From positions 31,834 to 95,833 of the forward strand of contig CAYREO010000005.1 in NCBI GenBank assembly GCA_964423315.1: a stretch of DNA of 64,000 nucleotides. The letters are read 5' to 3'. Of this stretch, positions 36,240-44,969 are shown piece by piece. A model generated the notes under the pieces. It ran no database searches. It was not told where the DNA came from and saw nothing but the letters and a program-made list of their open reading frames with translations. Within the stretch, counting starts at the first letter, position 1; every line of letters begins with the position of its first letter. Source of the DNA: an uncultured Eubacteriales bacterium (GTDB taxonomy: Bacteria > Acidobacteriota > Aminicenantia > Aminicenantales > Saccharicenantaceae). A program made the position numbers and the translations under genes.

Positions 36240-37655
36240 CTAGAGGCCTTCCTGGGCGATGAGATAGATGAGGGCGGCGAGGACGATGGCTTGGAGCTCG
36301 AGCTCCCGAGGGTGGACGCTGTCGAGGACGTCGAGGGCCGAATGATGGACGTCGAAGTAGGTCTGGGAATTGAGGATGACGGCCGCCGGGACCGTCCCTT
36401 GCTCGACGAGCGGCCCGATATCGACGCCGCCGCCGCCGGGGACGAGAAAATGGATCCCCAAAGACCTGAAGAGGTCCTCATGAGCGCGGATCCTTTCGAA
36501 CGCTTCCCTTGAGGCGCCTCCCGCGGCGAGCCCGAGGGGCAGGAATCCCCCTCGGTCCGCTTCGGCGGCGAACAGGTGCCTCTCCCCTCTTCTCTGCGGG
36601 GCCCGGACGTAGGCCCGACCCCCTGTCCCGCCGAATTCCTCGTCCATGAACAGGACGGCCCGGATGGTCCTCCGGGGCTTCAGCCCGGCCGCCTTGATCA
36701 GCCTGAGGGCTTCCAGGCTGACGGCGCATCCCGCCCCGTCGTCGTGGGCGCCCGTCCCGAGGTCCCAGCTGTCGAGATGGCCGCCGACAAGGACGATCTC
36801 CTTCGGGAACTCGGAGCCGGTGATATCGCCGACGACATTGGCCGAGACGACGGGCGCTTCGGTCCGGCAGTCCATCCGAAGACGGACCCGCAGGCCCGGC
36901 TGGTCCTTGAGCAGCGAGCTCAGGCGGTCGGCCCCCCGCGTGCTGACCGCGGCCGCCGGGATCGGCGGCACGCCGTCCTCGTACTGCAGAAGCCCTGTGT
37001 GGGGATGGTCATCGAGGCGGAAGGTCAGCGATCGGACGAGGACGGCCGCGGCCCCGAGCCGGGAGGCTTCCGCGGCCCCCCGGACCCTTTGATCGGCGGC
37101 CTGGCCGTAGGCGCCGAAGGCGTCCATCATCGTCCTGTTCATGGGGCGGTTATAGAAGACGATCCGGCCCTTGACGGCGGGGCCCAAGCGGGCGAGCTCC
37201 TCGAAAGAACGGACCTCGACGACCGGAGCGATGAGCCCGCCGGCCGGAGTGGCGATGCTTCCGCCGAGGGCGCAGATCGAAAGGGGGATCTCACGTTCGC
37301 CCGGCGCGCCTGGAACGGCGGTCTCGGCGACGGTCCCGCGGACCCAGCGGCCGACAGTGACGGGCTCCGTATGGACATTCTCGAAATCCAGGTCCTTCAT
37401 GATCCGCAGACAGACCTCGACGGCCTGGTCCGCTTGGGGGGAGCCGGTCAGCCTCGGACCGACCGCCGTGATCCGTTCCAGGAATTCGAAGGCCTTCTCT
37501 TCGTGGAGCCCGATGGCGCGCATCCGGTCCACGGCTTCCCGATGGTCTTGGCGGGGAAGGCTTGGGGCGGCGATCCCGCCGGTCGCGAGGGCGAATGACA
37601 GGAGCAGCGCCGGGAGGGCCCGGAACGGACGGCCGGTCAGCGGTGGAGGAAGCAT
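36240..37655 (-). CDS. M28-family zinc aminopeptidase, secreted
   Basis: Signal peptide. GHLDSW, DDGAG and DEEFGG metal-ligand motifs. Confidence 0.75.
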   Translation of the reverse strand: MLPPPLTGRPFRALPALLLSFALATGGIAAPSLPRQDHREAVDRMRAIGLHEEKAFEFLERITAVGPRLTGSPQADQAVEVCLRIMKDLDFENVHTEPVTVGRWVRGTVAETAVPGAPGEREIPLSICALGGSIATPAGGLIAPVVEVRSFEELARLGPAVKGRIVFYNRPMNRTMMDAFGAYGQAADQRVRGAAEASRLGAAAVLVRSLTFRLDDHPHTGLLQYEDGVPPIPAAAVSTRGADRLSSLLKDQPGLRVRLRMDCRTEAPVVSANVVGDITGSEFPKEIVLVGGHLDSWDLGTGAHDDGAGCAVSLEALRLIKAAGLKPRRTIRAVLFMDEEFGGTGGRAYVRAPQRRGERHLFAAEADRGGFLPLGLAAGGASREAFERIRAHEDLFRSLGIHFLVPGGGGVDIGPLVEQGTVPAAVILNSQTYFDVHHSALDVLDSVHPRELELQAIVLAALIYLIAQEGL

Positions 37656-38716
37656 CGTTCGGAGTCCACTTCACCGGGTTTTCTGGTGACGATCATGCCC
37701 AACCCGAGCTCGTCGGCCCGAGCGATGACCTCCTGGTCCTTGACGGACCCGAGGGGATAGATGACGGAGGTGATGCCGTGCCGGGCGGCCAGCTCCACGA
37801 CGTCGGGGAACGGCATGAAGGCGTCTGAGGCCAGGACGCAGCCTTCGGGCCCGTACCCGCGCCGGGACAGGCGGACGGCGTCCTCGGCGGAATCGATGCG
37901 GCTCCTCTGCCCCGACCCGATGCCGTGGGTCTTGTCGGACTTGCCGATGACGACGGCGTTGGACCGCGTGAAGCAGGCCACCGTCCAATTGAAGATCGCG
38001 GCCCGGACCTCCTCCTCGTCCGGCCTGCGGGCCGAGACGACCTCCACAGAATCGGGGGAGACGATCCTCGAGTCGAACCTCTTCTGGACGAGCAGGCCGC
38101 CGGCGACACGCTTGAATTCCAGCCCGTTGTCGACCGCCGGGGCGTCCAGGGAGGCCCCCATCCGGACGACCCGCAGGACCTTCCGCGAGGCCAGGACCTC
38201 GAGGGCTTCGGGGGCGAAGTCGGGGGCGTAGACAACCTCGATGTTCCGGGGGCTCTCGACGAGCAGGCGGGCCAGGGGCTCCGTGACCCGATAGTTGAAG
38301 ACGTCGACGCTGCCGAAGTTCGAGAGCGGATCGCATTTCCAGGCCTTCTCGAAAGCTCCGACAGGGTCGTCGCCGAGGGCCGCGCCGCTCGGCATCTCGT
38401 GCTTGATGAGGACGCAGACGTGACGGCCCGGGAACACCGCGGTCAGCTTGCGGGCCAGGCGCTGGCCGAGGTCCATGTCCCCGACATTGATATAGCTGAG
38501 CCCCTTGGTGCCCTCCTGCAGGACCTCGATCGAGGCCATGTTCGGACCCGAGGCGCCCGTTTCCTGATAGAAGGCCGCCGGATACCCGGGATTCTCGCCG
38601 TAGCGCATGGAGAACTTCTTGACGAAGCCGGTCTCCCCGAGAGCGATGGTCTCCGGGAAGTCCTCGCGGATCTTGGCCTGGTACTGGCTCCGGGCCGTCC
38701 GTTCGGGTTTGCTCAT
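37637..38716 (-). CDS. purH: Stand-alone AICAR transformylase (PurH AICARFT domain only; no MGS-like IMP cyclohydrolase domain)
   Basis: 359 aa with the AICARFT signature (ASDAFMPFPD). Lacks the N-terminal ~200-aa IMPCH domain of bifunctional PurH. Confidence 0.7.
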   Translation of the reverse strand: MSKPERTARSQYQAKIREDFPETIALGETGFVKKFSMRYGENPGYPAAFYQETGASGPNMASIEVLQEGTKGLSYINVGDMDLGQRLARKLTAVFPGRHVCVLIKHEMPSGAALGDDPVGAFEKAWKCDPLSNFGSVDVFNYRVTEPLARLLVESPRNIEVVYAPDFAPEALEVLASRKVLRVVRMGASLDAPAVDNGLEFKRVAGGLLVQKRFDSRIVSPDSVEVVSARRPDEEEVRAAIFNWTVACFTRSNAVVIGKSDKTHGIGSGQRSRIDSAEDAVRLSRRGYGPEGCVLASDAFMPFPDVVELAARHGITSVIYPLGSVKDQEVIARADELGLGMIVTRKPGEVDSERCFLHR

Positions 38717-38719
38717 GGT

Positions 38720-39505
38720 TCAGGTCCTTTCGTGACGGTTGATGATGTGGATATCGACGATCGCGGGATCCGCGACGGAGGCGAAAACGCAGGCCACGGC
38801 GACCCGGAGATCGCGGCCGCCCGGCTGCGGGCCGAGGTCCGTATAGATGTGTTCGGCCGCTTCCCGGGGCCCCCTTGACGGCAGGGACAGCCGGCGCGGC
38901 TCGCCTTCAAAGCACGGCAACGGGTCCGCGTTGGGGCCTAGGTAGGTCGAAACGAAGTGCCCCTGCCCGGGATGGAGCGGGACCTCGAAAAAGCTCCGCC
39001 GGGTCTCGCCTTCCGGGCCCCGGCGGATGACGCTCAGGGCCGCTTGGCCCGCGGAAGCGCATCCGCTGATGCGGGGGGTGAAGATCGGCGCGTCGGGTTC
39101 GAAGTCCCAGGTCCGAAGGGCCCGGGAGAGGACGGCGACGGGGTCCCGGTCCTTGTCCAAGGCGTTCCGGATGTCCGGCGTCTGCTTGCCGTTCGAAACG
39201 GCCAGTCCCGAGGTCCCGTAAAGAAGAGAAGGATAGACGAGCAGATCGACCTGGCCTTGTTTGAGGACGTCCTCGTCGGTCGGCCTGACCCAGACGCCGC
39301 CGCCGTCGTGGACCAGACAGCGGGCCTGGCTCGAGGGTGATCGGCCCGTAATGGCGTAGACGATCACGAATTCCCGGCCCGAGGGGGACAGGCCGATCGA
39401 CAGCAGGCGTCCGGGGTACTCAAGGGACGAGAGACCGGCAGGGACTTCGGTCATCATGGGCATCCTTTCGGACCTATTGATAGCATAGGCGGTGCGGGGA
39501 GTCAA
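38720..39505 (-). CDS. purO: Archaeal-type IMP cyclohydrolase (PurO family)
   Basis: N-terminal region (PGRLLSIGLSPSGREFVIVYAITGRS) resembles the PurO fold. Lies immediately upstream of, and co-directional with, the stand-alone AICARFT gene. The assignment is pattern-based, with no search run. Confidence 0.55.
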   Translation of the reverse strand: MTPRTAYAINRSERMPMMTEVPAGLSSLEYPGRLLSIGLSPSGREFVIVYAITGRSPSSQARCLVHDGGGVWVRPTDEDVLKQGQVDLLVYPSLLYGTSGLAVSNGKQTPDIRNALDKDRDPVAVLSRALRTWDFEPDAPIFTPRISGCASAGQAALSVIRRGPEGETRRSFFEVPLHPGQGHFVSTYLGPNADPLPCFEGEPRRLSLPSRGPREAAEHIYTDLGPQPGGRDLRVAVACVFASVADPAIVDIHIINRHERT

Positions 39506-39559
39506 AGCGCCGGGAGTCCTTGAGGGCCGTCAGCCAATCTGTTAGAATCGCGACGGACC

Positions 39560-40324
39560 GTGCCGAGAAACCAAGGAGTGCCGACGATGAAAAAGCTCGA
39601 TTATCGGGAGGAATCCTATCGGGACCCCGAGTTCCTCGAGTCCCTGGAAGGCCGGACCCTCCGTATCCTGAGCGAATATCTGAGCCCGATGACCCGCCTG
39701 GACAAGGCGAAGATCAACAGCACGATCCTCTTTCTGGGCTCGTCCAAGGCCGACCCGACGGACGCCCGGTCCCCGTTCTACCGGTATTATTGGGAGGCCG
39801 AGGAGTTGGCCTTCCTCCTCGCGAGCTGGGCCATCTCGCTCAAGAAGCCCAAGGGCAAGGACTTCGTCATCTGCACCGGGGCGGGCCCGGGGATCATGGA
39901 GGCCGCCAACCGCGGCGCGGCCCGGGCGGGGGGCAAGACGATCGGCATGAACATCTCCCTGCCGCAGCCTCAGCCGGCCAACCCCTATGTCAGCCCCGAC
40001 CTGAGCTTTTCCTTTCACTACTTCTTCATGCGGAAATTCTGGCTTGTCTACAAGGCCAAGGCCGTCATCATCTTTCCGGGAGGCTTCGGGACGCTGGACG
40101 AGTTCTTCGAGATCGTGACCCTCCTGCAGGTCAGCAAGATCTCCAAGAAAGAGCTGGTCCTCGTCCTCTACGGGGAGGATTACTGGCGGGATCTCATCAA
40201 GTTCGATTCCATGGTCGCCAAGAACGCCATCTGCGCCGGGGACCTCGAGCTCTTCAAGATGCTGTCGACCCCCGGCCGGGCGTTCTCCTATCTCAAAAGA
40301 AAGCTGGAGGCCCTCATCCGGTGA
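39560..40324 (+). CDS. LOG-family protein (TIGR00730; cytokinin riboside 5-prime-monophosphate phosphoribohydrolase-like)
   Basis: PGGFGTLDE motif and a GAGPGIMEAANRGA Rossmann motif. An alternative start is MKKLDY at 39587. Confidence 0.75.
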   Translation: MPRNQGVPTMKKLDYREESYRDPEFLESLEGRTLRILSEYLSPMTRLDKAKINSTILFLGSSKADPTDARSPFYRYYWEAEELAFLLASWAISLKKPKGKDFVICTGAGPGIMEAANRGAARAGGKTIGMNISLPQPQPANPYVSPDLSFSFHYFFMRKFWLVYKAKAVIIFPGGFGTLDEFFEIVTLLQVSKISKKELVLVLYGEDYWRDLIKFDSMVAKNAICAGDLELFKMLSTPGRAFSYLKRKLEALIR

Positions 40325-40953
40325 CCGGCCGATACCGCGCCGGTCTCGTTCCGCTCGCGGCCGTTCTGGCGGCCCTCGTCTCGTGCTCCCGGCTGCCGCC
40401 GCCCGGTCAGGGCGCCGCCGAGACCGGCATCGCTTCCTGGTACGGCCCGGATTTCCACGGCCGGCCGACCTCGAGCCGGGAGATCTACGACATGCACGAC
40501 ATGACGGCCGCCCATCCGACCCTTCCCTTCGGGACCCACGTCATGGTCACCAACCTCGACAACGGCCGTTCGGCCGTCGTCCGCATCAACGACCGCGGAC
40601 CGTTCGTCAAGGGCCGGATCATCGATCTGTCCTACGCCGCCGCCCGGGTCCTGGGGATGATCGGGCCCGGCACGGCCCGCGTCCGGCTGGATGTCCTGGG
40701 CGGCCGCCGGGACGACAGCGCGCCCGGCCGGGCCCTCTGGGTCCAGGCCGGGGCCTTCGCCGTCCAGGAGAACGCTTACGCGCTCGCGAGAAGGCTGGAA
40801 GCGTCCTTTGCCGATGTCCGGATCACGGTCCTCCGGACCTCCGCCGCGACCTATTATCGGGTCCGGATCAGGGCCGCGGACAGAAAGGACGCGGAAAGGA
40901 TCGCCGGCGCGCTCGCCGACATGGGGTTGGCCGCCGTCATCCTCGACGACTGA
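40321..40953 (+). CDS. rlpA: Septal ring lytic transglycosylase RlpA-family lipoprotein (DPBB domain plus SPOR domain)
   Basis: GTG start overlapping the LOG stop. Lipobox LVSC. DPBB motifs (ASWYGPDFHGRPTSS...THVMVTNLDNGRSAVVRINDRGP). C-terminal SPOR (WVQAGAF...YYRVRI). Confidence 0.75.
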   Translation: MTGRYRAGLVPLAAVLAALVSCSRLPPPGQGAAETGIASWYGPDFHGRPTSSREIYDMHDMTAAHPTLPFGTHVMVTNLDNGRSAVVRINDRGPFVKGRIIDLSYAAARVLGMIGPGTARVRLDVLGGRRDDSAPGRALWVQAGAFAVQENAYALARRLEASFADVRITVLRTSAATYYRVRIRAADRKDAERIAGALADMGLAAVILDD

Positions 40954-40957
40954 CGGC

Positions 40958-42001
40958 TCACGTCCGTTTGAACAGATAGGCGCTGTCACGTAGCTTGTTG
41001 GCGACGCCGTCGTGCACCGCGTAGCGCGATCCCTGGAAGAGGGCGGCCCCGCCGAATTCCCCTTTTTTATTCAATGCGTAGAAGTCGAGCCCGAACTTCG
41101 GCCGGCCCCGCTCGTCACAGAGGCGCGGCACGAGCTTCGTCTTGGCCGCCACGGCCTCGCAAACCTTCAGGCACGCGTCCTCGGGCGACAGGCCGCGGCC
41201 CATGAGGTCGACGATCCGGAAGCTCGCGCAGGTCTGGAGGTTGGCCTCTCCCCGGCCGGTCGATCCGGCGGCCCCGATGTCGTTGTCGACATAGAGCCCG
41301 GCCCCGATGATCGGTGAATCTCCCACCCGGCCGGCGATCTTCCACGACAGACCGCTCGTCGTGGTCACTCCGGCCAGCCGGCCCCCGGCGTCGAGGGCCA
41401 GGCAGTTGATCGTTCCGGTGGTGCTCATGGCCGAGCGGACCTCGGGCGGGAGGCTCTCGGACCGCGGCGGGAACCAGTTGTCCCGATCCGACATCATCTC
41501 CTTCCAGCGAAGCCAGGCCTCCCGGGCCTTATCCGTCAGGAGGTTCTCTTCCTTGAAGCCGTGGGCCCGGGCGAACCGCAGGGCCCCTTCGCCGACCAGC
41601 AGGACATGGTCGGTCCGCTCCATGACCAATCGGGCCACCTTCGAGGGGTTCTTGATGTTCCTCAGCGAGGCCACGGCCCCGGCCGAATGCGTCGGCCCGT
41701 ACATGACCGAGGCGTCGAGCTCGACGACCCCGTCCTCGTTCGGAAGTCCGCCGTAGCCGACGGACATGTCCTCGGGATCGTCCTCGACGATGTTGACCCC
41801 GGCGATGACGGCGTCCAGGGGATCGCCGCCCGCGCGAAGGATCTCCATGGCTTTGTCCGTGGCCCGAAGACCGTTGCCGGAGGCCACCGCCCGGAGGGGT
41901 GTCCCGGCCGTCAGGGTCGGGAGCGCCGGCGCCCCGAGGGCGGCCGCCGCCCCGAGGGCGGCTCCGCACCTGAAGAAATCCCGTCGGGAGAATCCGTTCA
42001 T
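40958..42001 (-). CDS. Glycosylasparaginase / isoaspartyl peptidase family Ntn-hydrolase (N4-(beta-N-acetylglucosaminyl)-L-asparaginase-like), Tat-exported
   Basis: Twin-arginine signal SRRDFFRCGAALGAAAALGAP. Asparaginase_2 motifs with the autoproteolytic nucleophile region (NDIGAAGSTGRGE... TTGTINCLALD). Confidence 0.75.
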   Translation of the reverse strand: MNGFSRRDFFRCGAALGAAAALGAPALPTLTAGTPLRAVASGNGLRATDKAMEILRAGGDPLDAVIAGVNIVEDDPEDMSVGYGGLPNEDGVVELDASVMYGPTHSAGAVASLRNIKNPSKVARLVMERTDHVLLVGEGALRFARAHGFKEENLLTDKAREAWLRWKEMMSDRDNWFPPRSESLPPEVRSAMSTTGTINCLALDAGGRLAGVTTTSGLSWKIAGRVGDSPIIGAGLYVDNDIGAAGSTGRGEANLQTCASFRIVDLMGRGLSPEDACLKVCEAVAAKTKLVPRLCDERGRPKFGLDFYALNKKGEFGGAALFQGSRYAVHDGVANKLRDSAYLFKRT

Positions 42002-44397
42002 GACCGCTGTCCTCCTTTCGATGCCGTGAGCGCGCCCTCGAGATCCTCGAGAAGCTGGATGACGACGTTGTGATCGCCCTCGGGGACGGAGAATTTGACG
42101 GCATTCCCTTTGAAGACCTCCGTTTCCCGTCCGTCGATGAGCAACTGATATTTCCCTTTTTTCAGGAGCCGGAGCCGGAGCTGGCGGGCCTTGAGGGTCT
42201 TGATATCGAAAGACACTTCAGACTCGTTGTAAAGGAACCGACGGAAGACGGCCCCCCCGTTGGCGGACACGATCCTCGATCCCTCCTCAAAGAGCGAGGT
42301 CTCGGACCGGGATACGCCGACTTCGTATTGGCGGCCCTGGATCATGATCCGCGACAGCCGCCCCTTGGTTTCGGGATTGAGGATCCCGAAGCGGAACCCC
42401 TCATGGGGGGTGAAGTCGAGATATTCCTCGATCGCCGGGAGGGCGGCGAGCGGGCCCCAGCTCTGGTATCGGCGGCCACCCGCTTCGCCGGTGAGAGAAT
42501 CGTAGTTCTCGGGGCAGAGGCCGAAGCTCGCCCAGCTGCGCATGAACATGTCCGCGCTCTTTCGGGCCAGCTCGGACGCCACGACGTCGAACCCCCCGGC
42601 CCTCAAACCTTGGTAGACGAGGTAGTTCATCGGCGGTGAAACGGCTCCCCGCCAGATCTGCTGGTTCTCGGACTTGAAAGCCGGGTCGTCCCGGGAGATG
42701 GACGGAAGGACGTGGTCCCCCCAGAACTTCGCGGGATCAAGGAGATGCTTGAGCATCCGCTGGGCCCGCGATTCATCGGGGATACGGGCCAGGAGAGGCA
42801 GGAAAGCGGACGCCGCCTTGTGGACGGACATCCGCCCGTCCCAGTGCCGGTCGAAATAGAATCCCTCCCGGTCGTTCCATAGCCGGGCGTTCATGAGCGA
42901 CTTGATGGTCTCATACTGGCCACGGTAGCGCTCGGCGTCGAACTTCCGCCCGAGGATGGCCGCGATCTCGGCCAGACACCAGGAATCCAGGGCGTAGAGG
43001 GCATTGAGGTCGACGCAATTCATCATCAGGGTCCCGGTCTCGTCGCTGAAAGGGACATCGTCCCAGTTCGGCAGATCGTCCTGCCCGGATTCCCACGCCG
43101 CCCTCATCCGGCCCGTGGCGTTCTTTTCCCACGTAGGGACGTTCCTCCCGATGAGCTCGGCGTCGGACCCCCATTCGAGGAGCCCATCGCTGTTGCCGTC
43201 CCTGCGGATGGACCCGTTCCGCTTGCGGGCCGTCCAGAAATCGTGCCATCTCTGGAGGTACGGGTAGGCGTACCGGAGGAACTCGATGTCCCCCAGCCGC
43301 TGGAAAAGCTTCATCACGACGTACGATCCGATGGGTGGCTGGGAACGGTCCTGCGTCCCGCCGTGGGGACCACGCCAGTTCGGGATGTTGCCGTTCGGAT
43401 ACTGGGTTTCGAGCAGGGCCCGGACGGCGTCCAGGGCGAGCTTCCGGCTCTCCATCGCCAGGCCCAGGGCCGCGAACAGCCCGTCCCCCCTGTGGACCGT
43501 CCAGGGCTCCGACCCCTCGTCCGGCCGGGGGAAGACCCAAGTCCTCCCCGACGGGACGTAAAAGCGATGTTCGCCGGGTTGGTAGAGGACGGACCAATGA
43601 AGATTGCTGGAGACGGCCTCGGCGACACCTGAGGCGAGGCCACGGGCTTTGACCCGTCTCTGTTCATAGACCCGGGCCTCTTCATCGATCAAAGCGTCGA
43701 TAGCCCTGGCGTTCATGTATCGGGTCAAACGGTCGCCGAGGGTCTTGGGGTCCCCATCGACGCCGGCGGCGAAGGACACGGTCCTGTCGGCCGCCGATTC
43801 GAACGACAGGGCCACGCCGCCGGGAGGGCCATCCACCGGCTTGCCCGGCCGATGGACCCAGATCTGGTAATGCCAAAGGGCATCATCCCCGCTCCGCCCA
43901 CGGACCTGGCCGTCCGGGAGAAGCGAATACGCCCCGCCCGGGCCCCACGGAAAATAGTGGACGAGGTGGACCTTGACATTCCCCGGTCCGCGGACGCGGC
44001 CGATGACGATGGTTTCGTCTCTCCGCGACCATTCGAAGGTCAGGACCTGACCCCGGGGCGGAGGTTTGAGAAAGACGGGCGTGTCTTTCCCGCGCTTGAA
44101 GGGCAGTCCGAGATCGAAACGCATCCGGGCGTATTGACCGTCCGGAGAGAGAGGGCCGACCTCGGAGACGAGATAATAGAAGTCGCCGCCCTCGGCCGTC
44201 TCCCCATCCCTCTCGATGCGAAGCACGAAGGCGAACGCCGCATCCCGGTCCGGGGCGATGACCAGCCCGGGCCACGCCGGCCCGTCAAGAGCCCCGATGA
44301 AGGTGTTTTTCCAGGGGTAGAAGACCTCGGCGCCCAGCCCGGCCGTAATAAGGGCCAGGAGGGCAAGGCTTAAGAGCGTTCTTCTCATGGCGGCCAT
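41998..44397 (-). CDS. Glycoside hydrolase with a C-terminal (alpha/alpha)6-barrel, GH63-like (processing alpha-glucosidase / mannosylglycerate hydrolase family), secreted
   Basis: Signal peptide. The C-terminal ~450 aa carry GH63/GH37-type barrel signatures. The N-terminal beta-sandwich is typical of GH63. Overlaps the downstream asparaginase gene (ATGA). Confidence 0.6.
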   Translation of the reverse strand: MAAMRRTLLSLALLALITAGLGAEVFYPWKNTFIGALDGPAWPGLVIAPDRDAAFAFVLRIERDGETAEGGDFYYLVSEVGPLSPDGQYARMRFDLGLPFKRGKDTPVFLKPPPRGQVLTFEWSRRDETIVIGRVRGPGNVKVHLVHYFPWGPGGAYSLLPDGQVRGRSGDDALWHYQIWVHRPGKPVDGPPGGVALSFESAADRTVSFAAGVDGDPKTLGDRLTRYMNARAIDALIDEEARVYEQRRVKARGLASGVAEAVSSNLHWSVLYQPGEHRFYVPSGRTWVFPRPDEGSEPWTVHRGDGLFAALGLAMESRKLALDAVRALLETQYPNGNIPNWRGPHGGTQDRSQPPIGSYVVMKLFQRLGDIEFLRYAYPYLQRWHDFWTARKRNGSIRRDGNSDGLLEWGSDAELIGRNVPTWEKNATGRMRAAWESGQDDLPNWDDVPFSDETGTLMMNCVDLNALYALDSWCLAEIAAILGRKFDAERYRGQYETIKSLMNARLWNDREGFYFDRHWDGRMSVHKAASAFLPLLARIPDESRAQRMLKHLLDPAKFWGDHVLPSISRDDPAFKSENQQIWRGAVSPPMNYLVYQGLRAGGFDVVASELARKSADMFMRSWASFGLCPENYDSLTGEAGGRRYQSWGPLAALPAIEEYLDFTPHEGFRFGILNPETKGRLSRIMIQGRQYEVGVSRSETSLFEEGSRIVSANGGAVFRRFLYNESEVSFDIKTLKARQLRLRLLKKGKYQLLIDGRETEVFKGNAVKFSVPEGDHNVVIQLLEDLEGALTASKGGQRS

Positions 44398-44514
44398 GAC
44401 GGGGATCCCGGCGGCGGGCTCGAGCCCTTCCTACTCTAAAGAAAAGGAGCCTCGAAAGCAAGGCGAAGCCACGACCTTATCGTCGCGGCCGCGGGCCCGC
44501 ATGTCCTCGGCCCC

Positions 44515-44943
44515 TTAGGGGCCGTCCGCCCGCCGCCCCGCGACGGTCTGTGTTTTGTACGTCCCCTTGAAGATCTTGATGAGGTAGCCGCTGTCCTCGT
44601 CAAGCCAGACCTCGGTCAGGACATAGTCTGTCACGTATTCCGTGTAGGACGGCTCGAAATTGCCGACCAGGCTGAAAACGAGACGGGGATTTTCGGCCGG
44701 CTTGTCCGGCCGGGGCAGCTTCTCGATCACGGCCACCTCCGTTCCGCGGCCGGTCGATGCCTGCCGGATCAGGAGCCTGCCCTCGGCCGCAAGCTCGATC
44801 CGGTACTCGCCGGCGGCGAAGCTCTTGCCGCCCGCCTGGAACTTGAACGGGATCTCGAAGACGGCCGGGTCGGGCGCGGTCGCTGATCCGACGATAAGGA
44901 CGAGGGCCAGCGTCGCGGCCGCAGCGATGATCGGTCGTTCCAT
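44515..44943 (-). CDS. Hypothetical secreted protein
   Basis: 142 aa with an N-terminal signal peptide and native GC. Confidence 0.4.
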   Translation of the reverse strand: MERPIIAAAATLALVLIVGSATAPDPAVFEIPFKFQAGGKSFAAGEYRIELAAEGRLLIRQASTGRGTEVAVIEKLPRPDKPAENPRLVFSLVGNFEPSYTEYVTDYVLTEVWLDEDSGYLIKIFKGTYKTQTVAGRRADGP

Positions 44944-44969
44944 GGTCTACCTCCTTGATCGACGGCCGG

